NCBI RefSeq assembly: GCF_037042905.1
Contig: NC_087252.1
Location: forward strand, 8,992,001 to 9,056,000
DNA from: Lytechinus pictus
Lineage: Eukaryota
DNA: 64,000 nt
Direction: 5' to 3'
In this document: piece after piece, positions 51,230 to 64,000 of the stretch
Layout: every line of letters begins with the position of its first letter
Numbering within the stretch: position 1 is the first letter of the stretch
The notes under the pieces: model-generated
Database searches by the model: none
What the model was told of the DNA's origin: nothing
Seen by the model: the letters and a program-made list of their open reading frames with translations, nothing else
Position numbers and translations under genes: made by a program

Positions 51230-52760
51230 CAAGGTTTCCAGCCGAGTCAATGCCGAATGCAGAGCAAATGTTTACATTTTGTCCTATGATTGAAAAGTGC
51301 TGGGGATGCCTGATGAAGGTATCGAGCCAGCAAGGAGACAGTTGCAGAAGTCCAGTCTAAAGATTATCAGGGCATGGATGATATTTTCAACAGCCCATCA
51401 TGCATGTCATGTAAGACAATGTCTGTGGAGCTGGTATTATGGAGACTTGCAGACATGATTGTGGTGTGTGTTTCTCAAAGACTACACCAAGATTGCTAGC
51501 ATTGCATCCTGGATACTTCCTCACCTATTAAGACTGGAGTTATAGTCATAATAATGACCCATATATGGACACGACAGAACAAGATACTCCGTTTTTTATC
51601 GTTAAGCTTGAAGAAGTTGGCCTTTATCCAACATAGAATCTCCTCAATGGCAGCACCAACAACAGCAGCTGCATGACTTCTGCATCTCCATTTTTTTTAA
51701 ATTAAAAGTGAGGTACACAGCTGGATGTCATCAGCATAGAAGTGTACATCAAGACCATGTTGCCAAATTATAGAGCCAAGAGGGGTGACGCACAGTTTGA
51801 AGAGCAAGGAACCAAGGACAGAATCCTGCGGAACTCCATAGCGATGGGTTACAGGAGACTGCATGCCAGTGATGAAAACAGCTTGTCCTCTGTTGGAAAG
51901 GTAAGAAGAAAGCCATTGGAGGCAGACCCATCAATTCCAAAATAGACTCTCAGTCTTTCGAGAAGAATGACATGATCATTGGTATCTAAACCCTGCTGAC
52001 AATACAAGGGTAACTTAGGCAACTGCTTTCCGCTTAGAAAGAGATCTACTGGCTCTACAATCGAAGAAATTCCCGACCTAGCCTTCGATGATTATATATC
52101 ATTGCATGCAGCCTATCAGAGCTGAGAAAGCTGTCGGATGCTGTTTGTTTGAATACCGGTTAAAAGAAGTAGATTGATAGTCACCCGCAGGACCACCAAA
52201 TATGTCAGGAATCTCACCATTCTCTGAAAGATATCTTCGTTATCAAATAGGAGAATGATCTCTTATGAACACGTCAGCTACATGTGTGAATTTTTCGAAG
52301 TTCGATAAATAGCCAAGGAGACATCACACACGAAATTCACTGCGGTATTGGAAATGTGCTCTCCGAGCATTTTAACACCTTAAAAATCTAGTCAAACAGC
52401 AGATTCTCTTAAGACTATAGCTTAGGTTTTTTCTATGGATCTGTGACATGAGAATCGGACATATCTCAAGACCACAATGCGAATTGCATCTGCAGAATGC
52501 TTGATTGGCCTAAAAACAATTAAAGAAGACTTTCATCGAGTCGCCCTACCAATCAAGCCAGCTAGTGGACTACCCAATCGGGAGTAACTAACATTGTTCT
52601 TCAAGACCCCAAAGGTAAGTGTGTATATTAACCTGGGGGAGCGGGATTCCTCTAAGTTCGATGAAGCGGCAGTCCTTGAGAGGACAGGTGCAGTTCTACA
52701 TTTGTTGTGATGCTATATGTAGATGCACATGTAATCCGTTGTTGAAGTCCAATGATCAAT
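51230..52760 (-). pseudogene. Highly degenerate L2-like LINE ORF2
   Basis: Minus-strand YGVPQDSVLG near 51810-51840 and YADDIQL near 51718-51738; many stops and frameshifts; distal boundary uncertain. Confidence 0.75.
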
Positions 52761-54782
52761 TTTTTTGTTAGAAGTACATGGAGTAAAATGTTCGTTGTGG
52801 AACTTTAGAACATCACAGTCTGACTTTTAAAAGCTCTAATTGATAGGCAAAATGAGAAATTAAAAGCTCTAATTGATAGGCAAAATGTGAAATTAGATGG
52901 TTTACATGTGGGTTTGGTTTTTAAAAGTTTTTACAAACTGGGACAATTTGACCAGCAGAATGTTTTCACTTCATTTTGCCCCCAAAACACACTAAATATA
53001 TATGTGATCAGATTTTGTTGGGCTAAAATTCATCTGAAATTTAAATATAAATGAATTGATTAATCTCGTACCGGTAAGTATAAAATCATTTTATAATTGA
53101 AAATCAAGCAGTCGATAAACACATTCGCTTTAAATACAGACAGCTTCGTGAAAATCGTTGGATCAACTATCAGTGTGGTTTTACATGGAAAAGCCCTCCT
53201 TGCAAGCATTTTCCTTTGTATACAGATGTGGGTGTGGGTGCATGAGTGTATGTAAATGGATATGTGCGAATCAAAAAGTTGTGAAAAAACATGATTACAT
53301 AATTAAGTCATTGAAGCTAATTATTTTCTGTCTTTGATAATCAATAATTTGACAGAACCCATAACAAAACATGTACAAAACAAATGGTACAAAATACAAA
53401 GAAATACATAATAAATTTAAAAAACAATTAAACACATTATTATTGAGTGTGATATTATAGTTTAAGGGCCGTAATTATTCATAATGAGGCAAATGTTAAT
53501 AGTACCAAAAATTGTAAACATTTGATTTGAAATTATTAAATTATAGCATAATATTCCAAATGCTGCATAAATTTGCATAATTAATTAGCTGCAAACGGAA
53601 ATAACCACTTTTCTTGAATGGTACACGTTATGTATGCTGGATTTTGCAGTAGTCATGTCTGTGAAAGTGAATAACAGTAAAGAACATTGCAGAAATAATA
53701 TTCTCAATGACCAATTTGGCAGCCATTTTGTTTATGCAGATTATGTGGTCAAGACATGAGAAATCAGCTTGGAAACCGATCTTATCGGATTCAGCATACT
53801 TGAATTGTGTGAAATAAACCGGTTCCCAACTTTTACCCCAAAATGCTTTTCAAAGGTTATAGAGACATCGTTTTCCAGAATGGCTCAAGTCTATTCCTGA
53901 CAATCTTTTTGACGACCTGCAAACAATACACCTGAACCATATAATTGAGGTTACTCAACTACCACAAACAATGCAACTGATCTTAAGTTAAAGCACGTTT
54001 AATGATAAAAACACACCATTTTCAACTGGAGCAATATGTACATAATTGGAGCAAGAAGGTTCAATTTTTTCCCTAACGTTTTATAGTTCATTTCTCCAAT
54101 TATTGTATTTTCTTATAAGAAAATTACATGCAAACTCCCTGAAGCAAAGAAAGCATGCAAAAGCGTGTGTCTCAACGTTGATATCTTTGTGATTACCACA
54201 ATACGAATATTTTATCAAACTTGCTATAGCAACTACAAATTTTCAGCTCTATAATCATTCCCTATTCTTAGATCACGATGGTGCACTTTTTTAAAAGACT
54301 TTATTCGGATGTGCTCAGATAATGCTGAAAGAAACTTCATGGTTGATATTGTGCCGCATTTTCGACTGCTTCAAAGACTTTGTAAAGGGGGCGTACTTTA
54401 TTCACTTATGAAATTTCAAAATTTTATTTTTCCCCCTATGATCGTTGTGTCCCATCTTCCTTAATATGGTTAATTTCATTTTCAGTATGAAATGTTTTTA
54501 TTCTTTCCATATCCTTGATCTAAAGAAAAATATCTCATTTGTCTGTGCATACCATGAATAGTATCAGAACACGTTTCGACCTAAAGAGAAACTTAATCTA
54601 AAATCGAAACAAAATTTTTAAGGTTGGAGGTATTTTTTCTTACAACTGGACTGAGAAGTTGTTTACAAAATCCCTATTATGTAAAGGCGCTCTTCCAAGC
54701 ATAGCGTTCTACACGCATTGTTGGAACTGCGTTTTGTTTTGTTTTTATTTGTGTTATGTTGGCTGATTAGGCCACAATATGC

Positions 54783-55275
54783 TTAAAGGACAAGTCCACC
54801 CCAACAAAACTTGATTTGAATAAAAAGAGAAAAATTCAACAAGCATAACACTGAAAATTTCATCAAAATCGGATGTTAAATAAGAAAGTTATGGCATTTT
54901 TAAGTTTCGCTTCATTTCACAAAACAGTGACATGCACATCTCGGTCGGTATGCAAATGAGGAACTGATGACATCACTCACTCACTTTTTCTCTTGTATTT
55001 TATTATATGAAATATAAAATATTTCTATTTTCTCGTCATTGTCATGTGAAATGAAGTCTCATTCCTCCCTGAACACGTGGAATTCCATTATTTTAACATT
55101 TTGTGCTTCAGGCAAGGAGGTCCTAATCGTCAAATTCGGAAAAATTGAAATATTGTATAATTTAAACAATAAAAAACAACAGAAACAGTGAGTGAGTGGC
55201 ATCATCGACTCTCTTATTTGGATGTAACTGGCTCGTTCATATAACTATTTTATTAAAAATAAGCGAAACTTTGAA
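54783..55275. mobile_element. TTAAAG-start element (Kolobok/Crypton-like MITE), right end lost
   Basis: TTAAAGGACAAGTCCACCCC start; body homologous to 34695-35197. Confidence 0.6.
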
Positions 55276-55932
55276 ATAGACATTTATACCCTAAAAGTTA
55301 AGACATTTAAAAAACTTAACCTCGGTTAAGATTTGATGTTGACTTCGCCGCCGCCGTCGGAAAAGCGACATCCATTTCTTGCTTCTGCTATGCAGGCGAG
55401 GAAAAAATGGCGGACACGTTAAAGATATCACAATGTGAATATGACAGCATAGCCCCAAAATTATCAAACATTTGGCCAGCAGCTGTGAATCATGGCAGCC
55501 ATCTTGGAAGTAAAGATAGTTGACGAATCAATCGGACATAACCCTGGGTATCAAAAATAACGCATAGATCCCAATTTCTGAAATGTAATCACCCATAAAA
55601 ATCGTTTAATATGGGAAACTGCATTAAAATGCCGCCATTTTGTTTTTTGCAGATTTGAGGATGAAAATGTCGAAATCAAGTTTGGCAAACAGCATTTTTG
55701 GATTCAGCACCCCTGAATTACCTTAAAACAATTGATAAATCAGCATTAACACGAAATGCCTAAAGCACTTTTTCTGAGCACATTTTTTAAAATCTGGACC
55801 TGACTGATGGCGTTCAAAATGGTCGCCATTCACAGAAAATGGACATAGCTCACTCCACATTAGACATCAATTTCTGTGAATATTGCATGGTCCAAAGGGG
55901 TATAATTTTTTAATGATACAGGTTAGAGTGAT

Positions 55933-56168
55933 CATAGTAGTAGTAGTAGTAGTAAAAGTGATAATGGTATAGTAGTAGTAGTAGTAGTAGTGGTAGTAGT
56001 AGTAGTATTTCTAGTAGTAGTATTGCAATAGTAGTAGAAGTAGGAGTAGTAGTAAAAGAAGTTGTAGTAGTAGTAGTGGTGGTGGTGGTGGTGGCAGTAG
56101 TAGTAGTAGTAGTATCTCTAGTAGTAGTATTGCAATAGTAGTAGAAGTAGAAGTAGGAGTAGAGTAAC

Positions 56169-56206
<38 letters not shown>

Positions 56207-56211
56207 CAGTG

Positions 56212-56245
<34 letters not shown>

Positions 56246-56470
56246 AAGAAGAAGTTTTAATGGTATAGTAGTAGTAGTAGTGATAGTAGTAGTATAAGTA
56301 TTATGTCTAGTAGTAGCAGTATAGCTATAGTAGTAGCAGTAGAAGTAGTAGTAGTAGTAGAAGTAGTAGTAGTAGCAGTAGTAGTAGTAGTAGTAGTGTA
56401 GTAGTAGTAGTAGTAGTGGTCGTAGTAGTGGTGTAGTAGTAGTAGTTGTAGAAGTAGTAGTACTAGTATT
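55933..56470. repeat. (TAG)n array
   Basis: Paralog of 8022-8822. Confidence 0.95.
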
Positions 56471-57257
56471 CATTATTATAAATAACAAGATGTTAACATT
56501 CCAGTGTCAAGTATTGAAGAAATAAATGCAAATGATATCAACACAATGGATATGGTTCATTTCACTTTCAATTTATTTATTTTTTAACACGGATCTCAAG
56601 CAAAATACCGTATTTATTCTTACATACCATGAATATAAAGAAATAACACGTATAGACTTAAACAGAAACTAAATCTGAAATCGAAACAAAATTATTCAAG
56701 GTTGAAGGCGTCGTTCCACAATTTGCCACTCTCCACTAAAGTGTTAACTGGGTACCAGGTATGATGCAAAAGATACTGCAGTATGACTAGCTATTTTTTT
56801 TAATTTTGTTTAAATGCTCCCCAGGGAATGGAGAAAGTGCATATTAAAGTGCGCTGGAAAGACAGGATCCGTTAACCAGAGTAAAAATAATTTTTTTAAA
56901 GGGCTTCATAAAACAGAATTGTATTGTAAGAACCGGATGTTACCATAAAATGTCGTTCGTAAATATTCTGCTTAACATATTCAATACAATCATACCTTTT
57001 GTTTTTCTAAAATGGCAACAATTAACATTCATGGTTTGTAGTCTGAAAATGACCATCCGACATGTTCAAAATGCTGTATTTACATGGAGTATCAAAAAAC
57101 TTGAAAATAAAATGATTTGAAACTGACATTTGATGCCCTAATGCAACTTATTGATTATTAAAAATAAAAAACAAATAGAACTGTATCAATGAAGTCTGTA
57201 TGTAAAAATTGCCCTCCGGAAGAATTTAAGAGTAGTAGTACCAGTAATAGAAGAAGA

Positions 57258-57310
<53 letters not shown>

Positions 57311-58609
57311 CAGTAGTAGTAGTAGTAGGAGTAGAAGTAGTATTAGTAGTAGAAGTATAGTAATAGTAGTAGTACTAGAAGTAGTAGTCGTATTCCATTT
57401 CTTGGAAATTCGCCATTTTGGACCCTCATTGAGGGAAAAGACATTTCTGCTTTGCAGTCAAGTCACTTTTGTTTTTCAACCATTTGGAGATAAAAAAGTA
57501 GACTTTCCTCTATCTGTTACATAAAGGGAAGTGCTGGCACAGCGAAGCTTAAACCCTCAGGGTGCTGCCGAAGTTACTCGCCCTTCGGATTTTACCAATT
57601 TATGGGAATGTATGCCATTTTGGAGCCCCCATTGAGTCAAAAAGCATTTTTTCTATGTAATAAAACCACTTTTATTGTTTTTAAACTACACGGAGACAAA
57701 AGGGTAGAGTTTCCTCTATCTGCTACTTATTAATTTTAATTCATCAGAAGCAAAATGAAACTGGGCTATTCTCATTCATCTTTTAATAACATTCCATTCT
57801 GTCTGATCTAAAGCTTTACATGGTTTACCGATATAAAAGCAGGAGGAGTATACATGAGAGAGGTGGAAGGACAGAGACGGTTTGGGGAGTGGGAAAGAGA
57901 AAATATAGAGGGGAAAGCTTAGACGTTGAAATTGTCACGAACGATTGTGGTTAAATATTTTGTCCTTATTTGTATGCCGTCTGTACTAATCTTTTTAAAC
58001 ATTTGAATAACAATAGGCATGCATTCCCAGGTTATGCGCTGAATTTGTAACTTATAAAAATGAATAATAATCTTGTTTTGCCTGGTAAACCAATTTGGGA
58101 TCGATCGACGGTCTGGTTCAGTAACTTTGAAGATTATTTCTTCTTTTATGACGGGACACAAAAGTTGTTCACGAAATCCTGACAGCCGCTTTCAAAATGT
58201 TCAATGGCATTTCTCTTGCAGAAAATATTAATGCATTGAGCATTGTGTAAAAAAATTATCATTTATGATTTTGCACGCCAAGACTCAATACATAGTGAAA
58301 CTAAAACTGAAATCAAAATGAAAATGGAATCTTAACGAGCGCTTGAAACAGCAGTTATTTTGTATGCATTTTGTTCTATATTGCGTGAAAAAGTTAATTC
58401 TATGTAAATATTGTATATACGTTAAATGTTTTTAACTGTATATATTATTTCCGAAACTCTTCCTAGATTTTTTGTTTTAGTCGAAAGAAAAAAATAATGG
58501 CAAATGTATAACGTTTTATAAGGCACGCAAATTGCTTTCTACGTTTTACTTGTTAAAAAACTATTCTATTGGTTCTTCTCCCTCATTATCCATGCAACTT
58601 AAGGACAAA

Positions 58610-59963
58610 CAGTGCGTATAAAAAAAAACCGGGACAGATTTGAAAAGTCTCAAAAAAATTTGTCTCAAATTATGATGTCTATATATTGGTGTAAATAGGT
58701 GCTCTTAGGTCTTATCTTTGAAATGCAATTAAAAAAATAAATTTTGTTCATGCTTGAGCGAACACGGGACGTTTTTGTTGGGGTTCAAAAAGAGGCTTGC
58801 GCCAGAATTGCAGAATATGAGTAATATGATTATCAGACTTTTTGCTAATCAGGTGACTTCCTTTTGACCTTTTCATTATCTGTGCCACAATTTTCGAATT
58901 ATGCTGTCAAATTTTATTTACAACTTTATTTATTTACTTGAATTATTTTGTTTTTTCATTTAAACTTCTCTTACCTTTTAATTTTCCTTCAAAAGTAACT
59001 GAGAAAATAAGATTTTTTTGTCAACCCAGGCAAGAAGATTTGCATTATTAATTGGGAAAACTTGTGATTATTCAAATCCTTTTATTATGTGAAAAAAATT
59101 ATGTTATGTACCTTTAAAAGACATAAATCTATTTTTCAAGGGGTCATTGATTCCTTGACCAAGTTTAATTGCTTGACAGGAAACACAGGAAGGGATTCAT
59201 GTCTTTCAATGACAATGGTGTATTGAGTCGATTTCGTAGGAGCTAGATATGGCACATCGGGTAAAATGTATTTAAAAATTGTGAGCGAGCGAAATGACGC
59301 AAATATTCCCACTTTTTTATTACAATATCAAATTTTGTGATAAATTTTGACATAATATTCAGAAAATAGTATCATATTTTACTTTCTATCTTTCCTTTAT
59401 TTCCTGTCCACTTTTTTTCTTCGTCATGATTGTTTTTATTGAGGGGGAGCATTCGAAGCCCCCGCCCATCTGTGTGGCACTATTCAAATGGCACCATAAC
59501 CTTTGTAGCACACATTGAAAGGATTTTGGAAAAAAATCCATGCTTTCCCATACTTCGGTTGAAACAAAATTGTTTTAGCTTGAAGAAGGAATATTCAAAG
59601 CTAACAGAGAGCATGTTAAAAAGAAACAACAGAACTATTCAAGCAAATAAATATATCTGAAAATGAATTTTGACCGCATGCTTTAAAAATTGTGGCAAAG
59701 ATAATGAAAAAGTAAAGATGAAGTCTGCTCATTAGCAACATGTCCGATCATCATATTTATAATTTTAGGCCATTTTGGTGCAAGCCTCCTTTTTGACCCC
59801 AAACGAAAACATTCCGTGTTCGCTCAAGCATAAACGAAACTAATTTTTTTAATAGAATTTGAAAGATAAGACCTTAGAGCACCTATTAACACCATGGACA
59901 TTATAATTTGAAGCAAAAAATTTATAGACTTTTCAAATCTGTCCCGTTTTTTTATACGCACTG
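58610..59963. mobile_element. Tc1/mariner-like element, paralog of 15708-16981
   Basis: Same TIRs and flanks; has ~100 bp more of the left arm (58718-58815). Confidence 0.85.
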
Positions 59964-60467
59964 TATAGTCGTGCATAATCTTTTTTATAAAAATGAATAG
60001 ACTTTGCTTTTTAGGTATATACAAAAAAAGTACGAGATACATTATTTCAGAAAAACATAGTGTTGTAACTGGATGTAGCCATAAAAAGCCCAGATCGAAT
60101 CATTAAGATAACCACACCTGATATCAAATATAGTGTATTCAGTATGAGAAATATATCAATAGAATATATCAATAGAAAATTGATTCGTGAAATGGAAAGA
60201 AGTTGTCTACATAGTGGTAGACACGTAATTTTAATTTCCATATTTAAAAGCATGTTAAGACATATTGAGTTATATAAATACAAAATTGACCTATAAGAAT
60301 AAGATTTGATTTTACTTTGAACAAATGCGTCACGCCACCAACCACCGACAATCTATCACGGAATGCTCTCTCCCTGGAATAGCCCCAGAAGTCTTTAAAA
60401 AGTAAGAAATAGCAAATACTATTTGAAGAATGTTTCATCCATTACATACTCCCAATTTTATAACTTA

Positions 60468-61341
60468 AACATGGCGAACGCCTCTGGCAGTCTCGCCTGC
60501 ATTACTCAATTCGATATAGTAGCAGTGCTGCCTTTGAAAACCGCTAATGAATTATTATTCACAGAAAAAACACTAATATGATAATAAAATAGTATATCCA
60601 TTGACCCAAAATGACCATAGACCATGATCATGTGACCTAATACATGTGGAAAACATTCATTCATACTTGATTACCCCTTATGTCGATGTTTTATGAGCTG
60701 CATGTAGATCCATACACTTTATGATGCAAATTCACCAGATATTCCCAACACAGATACAGTTCATTGACCTTTAAATGACCTTTGACATTGATCATGTGAC
60801 CTGAAACTCGCACATGATGTTTAAGGATACATGGTTGTTCTTATGAACTAGATCCATAAAATTTGAAAGTTATGTTGGCAATTCCTCAAATGCCCCCAAC
60901 ATGGCCAAAGTTCGTTGACCCTAAGTGATCTTTGACCTTATCTTGTGACCTGGAACTCCGGGAGGATCTTTAATGACACACTATTACCCTTATGTGTAAG
61001 TTTCATTAACTATGTCTATACACTTTTTACGTTATCATGACATTTCAAAAATTTAACCTTGGTTAAGATTTCGATATTGAGTCCCCCAACATGGTCTAAG
61101 TTCATTGACCCTAAATGACCTTTGACCTAAGTCATGTGACTTGAAAGCAGGATGTTCAGTAATACTTAATTACTCTGATTTCCAAGTTTCATGAACTAAG
61201 TCCATATGTTTTCTAAGTTATGATGACATTTCAAAAATTTATCCTTGGTTAAGATTTCAATGTTGGCGCGCCACCGCCCCCGTCGCCGCCGTCGGAAAGC
61301 GCCGCCTATAGTCCCGCTTTGCTATGCAGGCGGGACAAAAA
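60468..61341 (-). mobile_element. Helentron-associated (HINE/DINE-1/Tsp-like) element
   Basis: Minus strand: TTTT-GTCCCGCCTGCA 5' subTIR with hairpin GTCCCGC/GCGGGAC, GGC run, ~155-190-bp internal tandem units, 3' subTIR TGCAGGCGAGAC then short tail ending GTTT; no TSD. Confidence 0.65.
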
Positions 61342-61496
61342 TGAATCAATCACTATCTCCCTAATGTTTCCAAGTTTCATCAAGACGTACATATTTCAAA
61401 TCTAATCGTTGAGAAAACTCCAATCTTCAAACTTTTTTAGGGGGTAAAATTAAAACAACAAAAATTAATGGGGTTAGTCTAATATAACGATCCGAC

Positions 61497-62073
61497 AGTA
61501 GTTATAATATCAGTAGCAGTAAAAGTAGTGGCAGTAGTAGAAGAAGTAGTGGAAGCAGGAGAATGAGAAGTAGTAGCAGAGGTAGTAGTAGTAGTAGTAG
61601 TATTAGTAGTAGAAGTAGAGGAAATAGAAGTAGTAGCACTAGTAGAAGAAGTATTGAAGTAGTAGACGTAGTAGTAGTAGAAGTAGTAGTAGTGGAAGTA
61701 GTAGTAGTAGTAGTCCTAGTAGGAGTAAAAGTAGCAGAAGTAGTTCTTATTTTTGTAAAAGTAGTAAAATTAGTTGTTGTAGTAGTAGTAGTAGTAGCAG
61801 GAGTAGTATAGTAAAAGTAGTAGCAGTAGAAGTAGTAGTAATGGTAGTAGTAGTAGTAGTAGCAGGAGTAGTAGTAGTAGTAGTAATAGAAGTAGTAGAA
61901 GTAGTAGTAGTAGTAGTAGTAGAAGAAGTAGTAGTAGTTGTAGGAGTTGTAATAGTAAAGTAGTTGTAGCAGTAGTAGAAGTAGTAGTAGTATAGTAGTA
62001 GTAGTAGTAGTAGTAGTACTAGTACTAGTAGTAGTAGTACTTACTAGTAGTAGTAGTAGTAGTAATAGAAGTA

Positions 62074-62104
<31 letters not shown>

Positions 62105-62223
62105 AAGTAGTAGTAGTTGTAGGAGTTGTAATAGTAAAGTAGTTGTAGCAGTAGTAGAAGTAGTAGTAGTATAGTAGTAGTAGTAGTAGTAGTAGTACTA
62201 GTACTAGTAGTAGTAGTACTTAC

Positions 62224-62262
<39 letters not shown>

Positions 62263-62323
62263 AAGTAGAAGTAGAGGAAATAGAAGTAGTAGCACTAGTA
62301 GAAGAAGTATTGAAGTAGAAGAC

Positions 62324-62363
<40 letters not shown>

Positions 62364-62521
62364 AAGTAATAGCAGTAGTAGTAGTAGTCCTAGTAGGAGT
62401 AAAAGTAGCAGGAGTAGTTCTTGTTTTTGTAAAAGTAGTAAAATTAGTTGTAGTAGTAGTAGTAGTAGCAGGAGTAGTAGTAGTAGAAGTAGTAGCAGTA
62501 GAAGTAGTAGTAATGGTAGCA

Positions 62522-62580
<59 letters not shown>

Positions 62581-62632
62581 TGCAGAAGTAGTAGTAGTAA
62601 TAGGAGCGATAATAGAAGAAGAAGAAGAAGTA

Positions 62633-62669
<37 letters not shown>

Positions 62670-62689
62670 CAGTAGTAGTAATAGTAGTA

Positions 62690-62732
<43 letters not shown>

Positions 62733-62851
62733 AAGAAGTAGTAGCAGTAGTAGTAGCAGTAGTAGTAGTAGTGGTAGCAGTAGGAGTAGTAGTAGTAGTA
62801 GTAGTAGTAGCAGCAGTAATAGGAGCAATAATAGAAATAGAAGAAGAAGTA

Positions 62852-62893
<42 letters not shown>

Positions 62894-62974
62894 ATAGAAG
62901 TAGTAGAAGTAGTGGTAGTAGTAGTACTAGGAGTAGTAATAGTAGTAGTAGCAGAATAAGCAGTAGTAGTTGTT

Positions 62975-63017
<43 letters not shown>

Positions 63018-63088
63018 CAGTAGGAGTAGTAGTAGTAGAAGTAGCAGCAGTAATAGGAGCAATAATAGAAGAAGAAGTAGTAGAAGTA

Positions 63089-63136
<48 letters not shown>

Positions 63137-63145
63137 ATAGAAGTA

Positions 63146-63182
<37 letters not shown>

Positions 63183-63190
63183 CAGGATAA

Positions 63191-63244
<54 letters not shown>

Positions 63245-63253
63245 ATAGAAGTA

Positions 63254-63309
<56 letters not shown>

Positions 63310-63459
63310 TGTAGGAGTTGTAGTAGTAAAGTAGTTGTAGCAGTAGTAGTAGTACTAGTAGTATAGTAGTAGTAGTAGTAGTAGTAGTACTAGTACTAGT
63401 AGTAGTAGTACTAGTACTAGTAGTAGTAGTACTAGTACTAGTAGTAGTAGTACTTACTG

Positions 63460-63505
<46 letters not shown>

Positions 63506-63545
63506 AAGAAGTAGTAGTAGTAGAAGTAGTGGCAGTAGTAGTAAT
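61497..63545. repeat. ~2-kb (TAG)n array with internal block duplications
   Basis: Interruption blocks (GTTGTAGGAGTTGTAATAGTAAAGTAGTTG; GAGGAAATAGAAG...TTTTTGTAAAAG) each occur 2-3 times. Confidence 0.95.
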
Positions 63546-63635
63546 ATAAGTTGTATCATATCTATTGTAAATAGCAAAAAGTGAAAAAAAAACAGTGTCA
63601 AGTATTTTTTTAATGCAAATCTAATAAGACAATTA

Positions 63636-64000
63636 GGGGAAGGTGTGGCATAATGGAATACTGAATTTCAAACTTGATATTAAGACGTCATCAACGACAC
63701 AATACAAGTACAATGACAATGACAATTTTAGATGAATATTGTTTGTACTTTTATATGTCAAGGACATTTCATAAATTTCGAGTTGTAAATTTCAGTGAAA
63801 CGCAAAAAATCACCGTTTGCCCCCTCACTTGGGCAAAATGCACCCCCCCCCCCCCTGATGGCACTCTTCATCGCCTCTTCATCCCATATCTGTCTTGACA
63901 TTTTCCGCTTGCAGTTCTATTCCTGACAATCTTTATGACGACCTGCAAACAATACACCTGAACCATATAATTGAGGTTACTCAACTACCACCTACAATGC
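63636..64000 (-). mobile_element. Pogo-like deletion derivative, paralog of 43092-44095 (runs off window)
   Basis: TA|GGGGAAGGTGTGGCATAATGG end; MSRQIWDEEAMKSAI on minus strand at 63857-63901. Confidence 0.65.

Larger units (their letters stand above)
53890..64000 (+). repeat. Composite duplication unit with ~10-kb tandem period
   Basis: TCTATTCCTGACAATCTTT.TGACGACCTGCAAACAATACACCTGAACC at 53890 recurs near 63916; internal segments match 7345-17540 and inverted 42277-46810. Confidence 0.85.

Noticed and set aside
62295..63601. Poly-L, poly-V and poly-Y ORFs
   Set aside because: Reading frames of the (TAG)n microsatellite

Overview
AT-rich eukaryotic (animal) genomic DNA made almost entirely of repeats. 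The SINE, hAT-like, Helentron-like and minisatellite families resemble those of echinoderms/sea urchins (inference, not a database match). I found no intact host gene, rRNA, CRISPR or bona fide tRNA. Recognisable coding remnants are a 5'-truncated Penelope-like retroelement (end of RT plus GIY-YIG endonuclease, 3' hammerhead-like motif, 15-bp TSD), L2, Rex/Babar and RTE LINE fragments, and 15 codons resembling a pogo-type transposase start. There are many non-autonomous TIR elements with readable TSDs, nested up to three deep inside a ~15-kb insertion. A ~10-kb composite unit with (TAG)n arrays occurs in several direct and inverted partial copies, and there is a near-identical 3.77-kb tandem duplication. 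Most ORF-track entries are low-complexity artefacts. All alignments and family calls were made by eye; boundaries not anchored by TIRs or TSDs are approximate.
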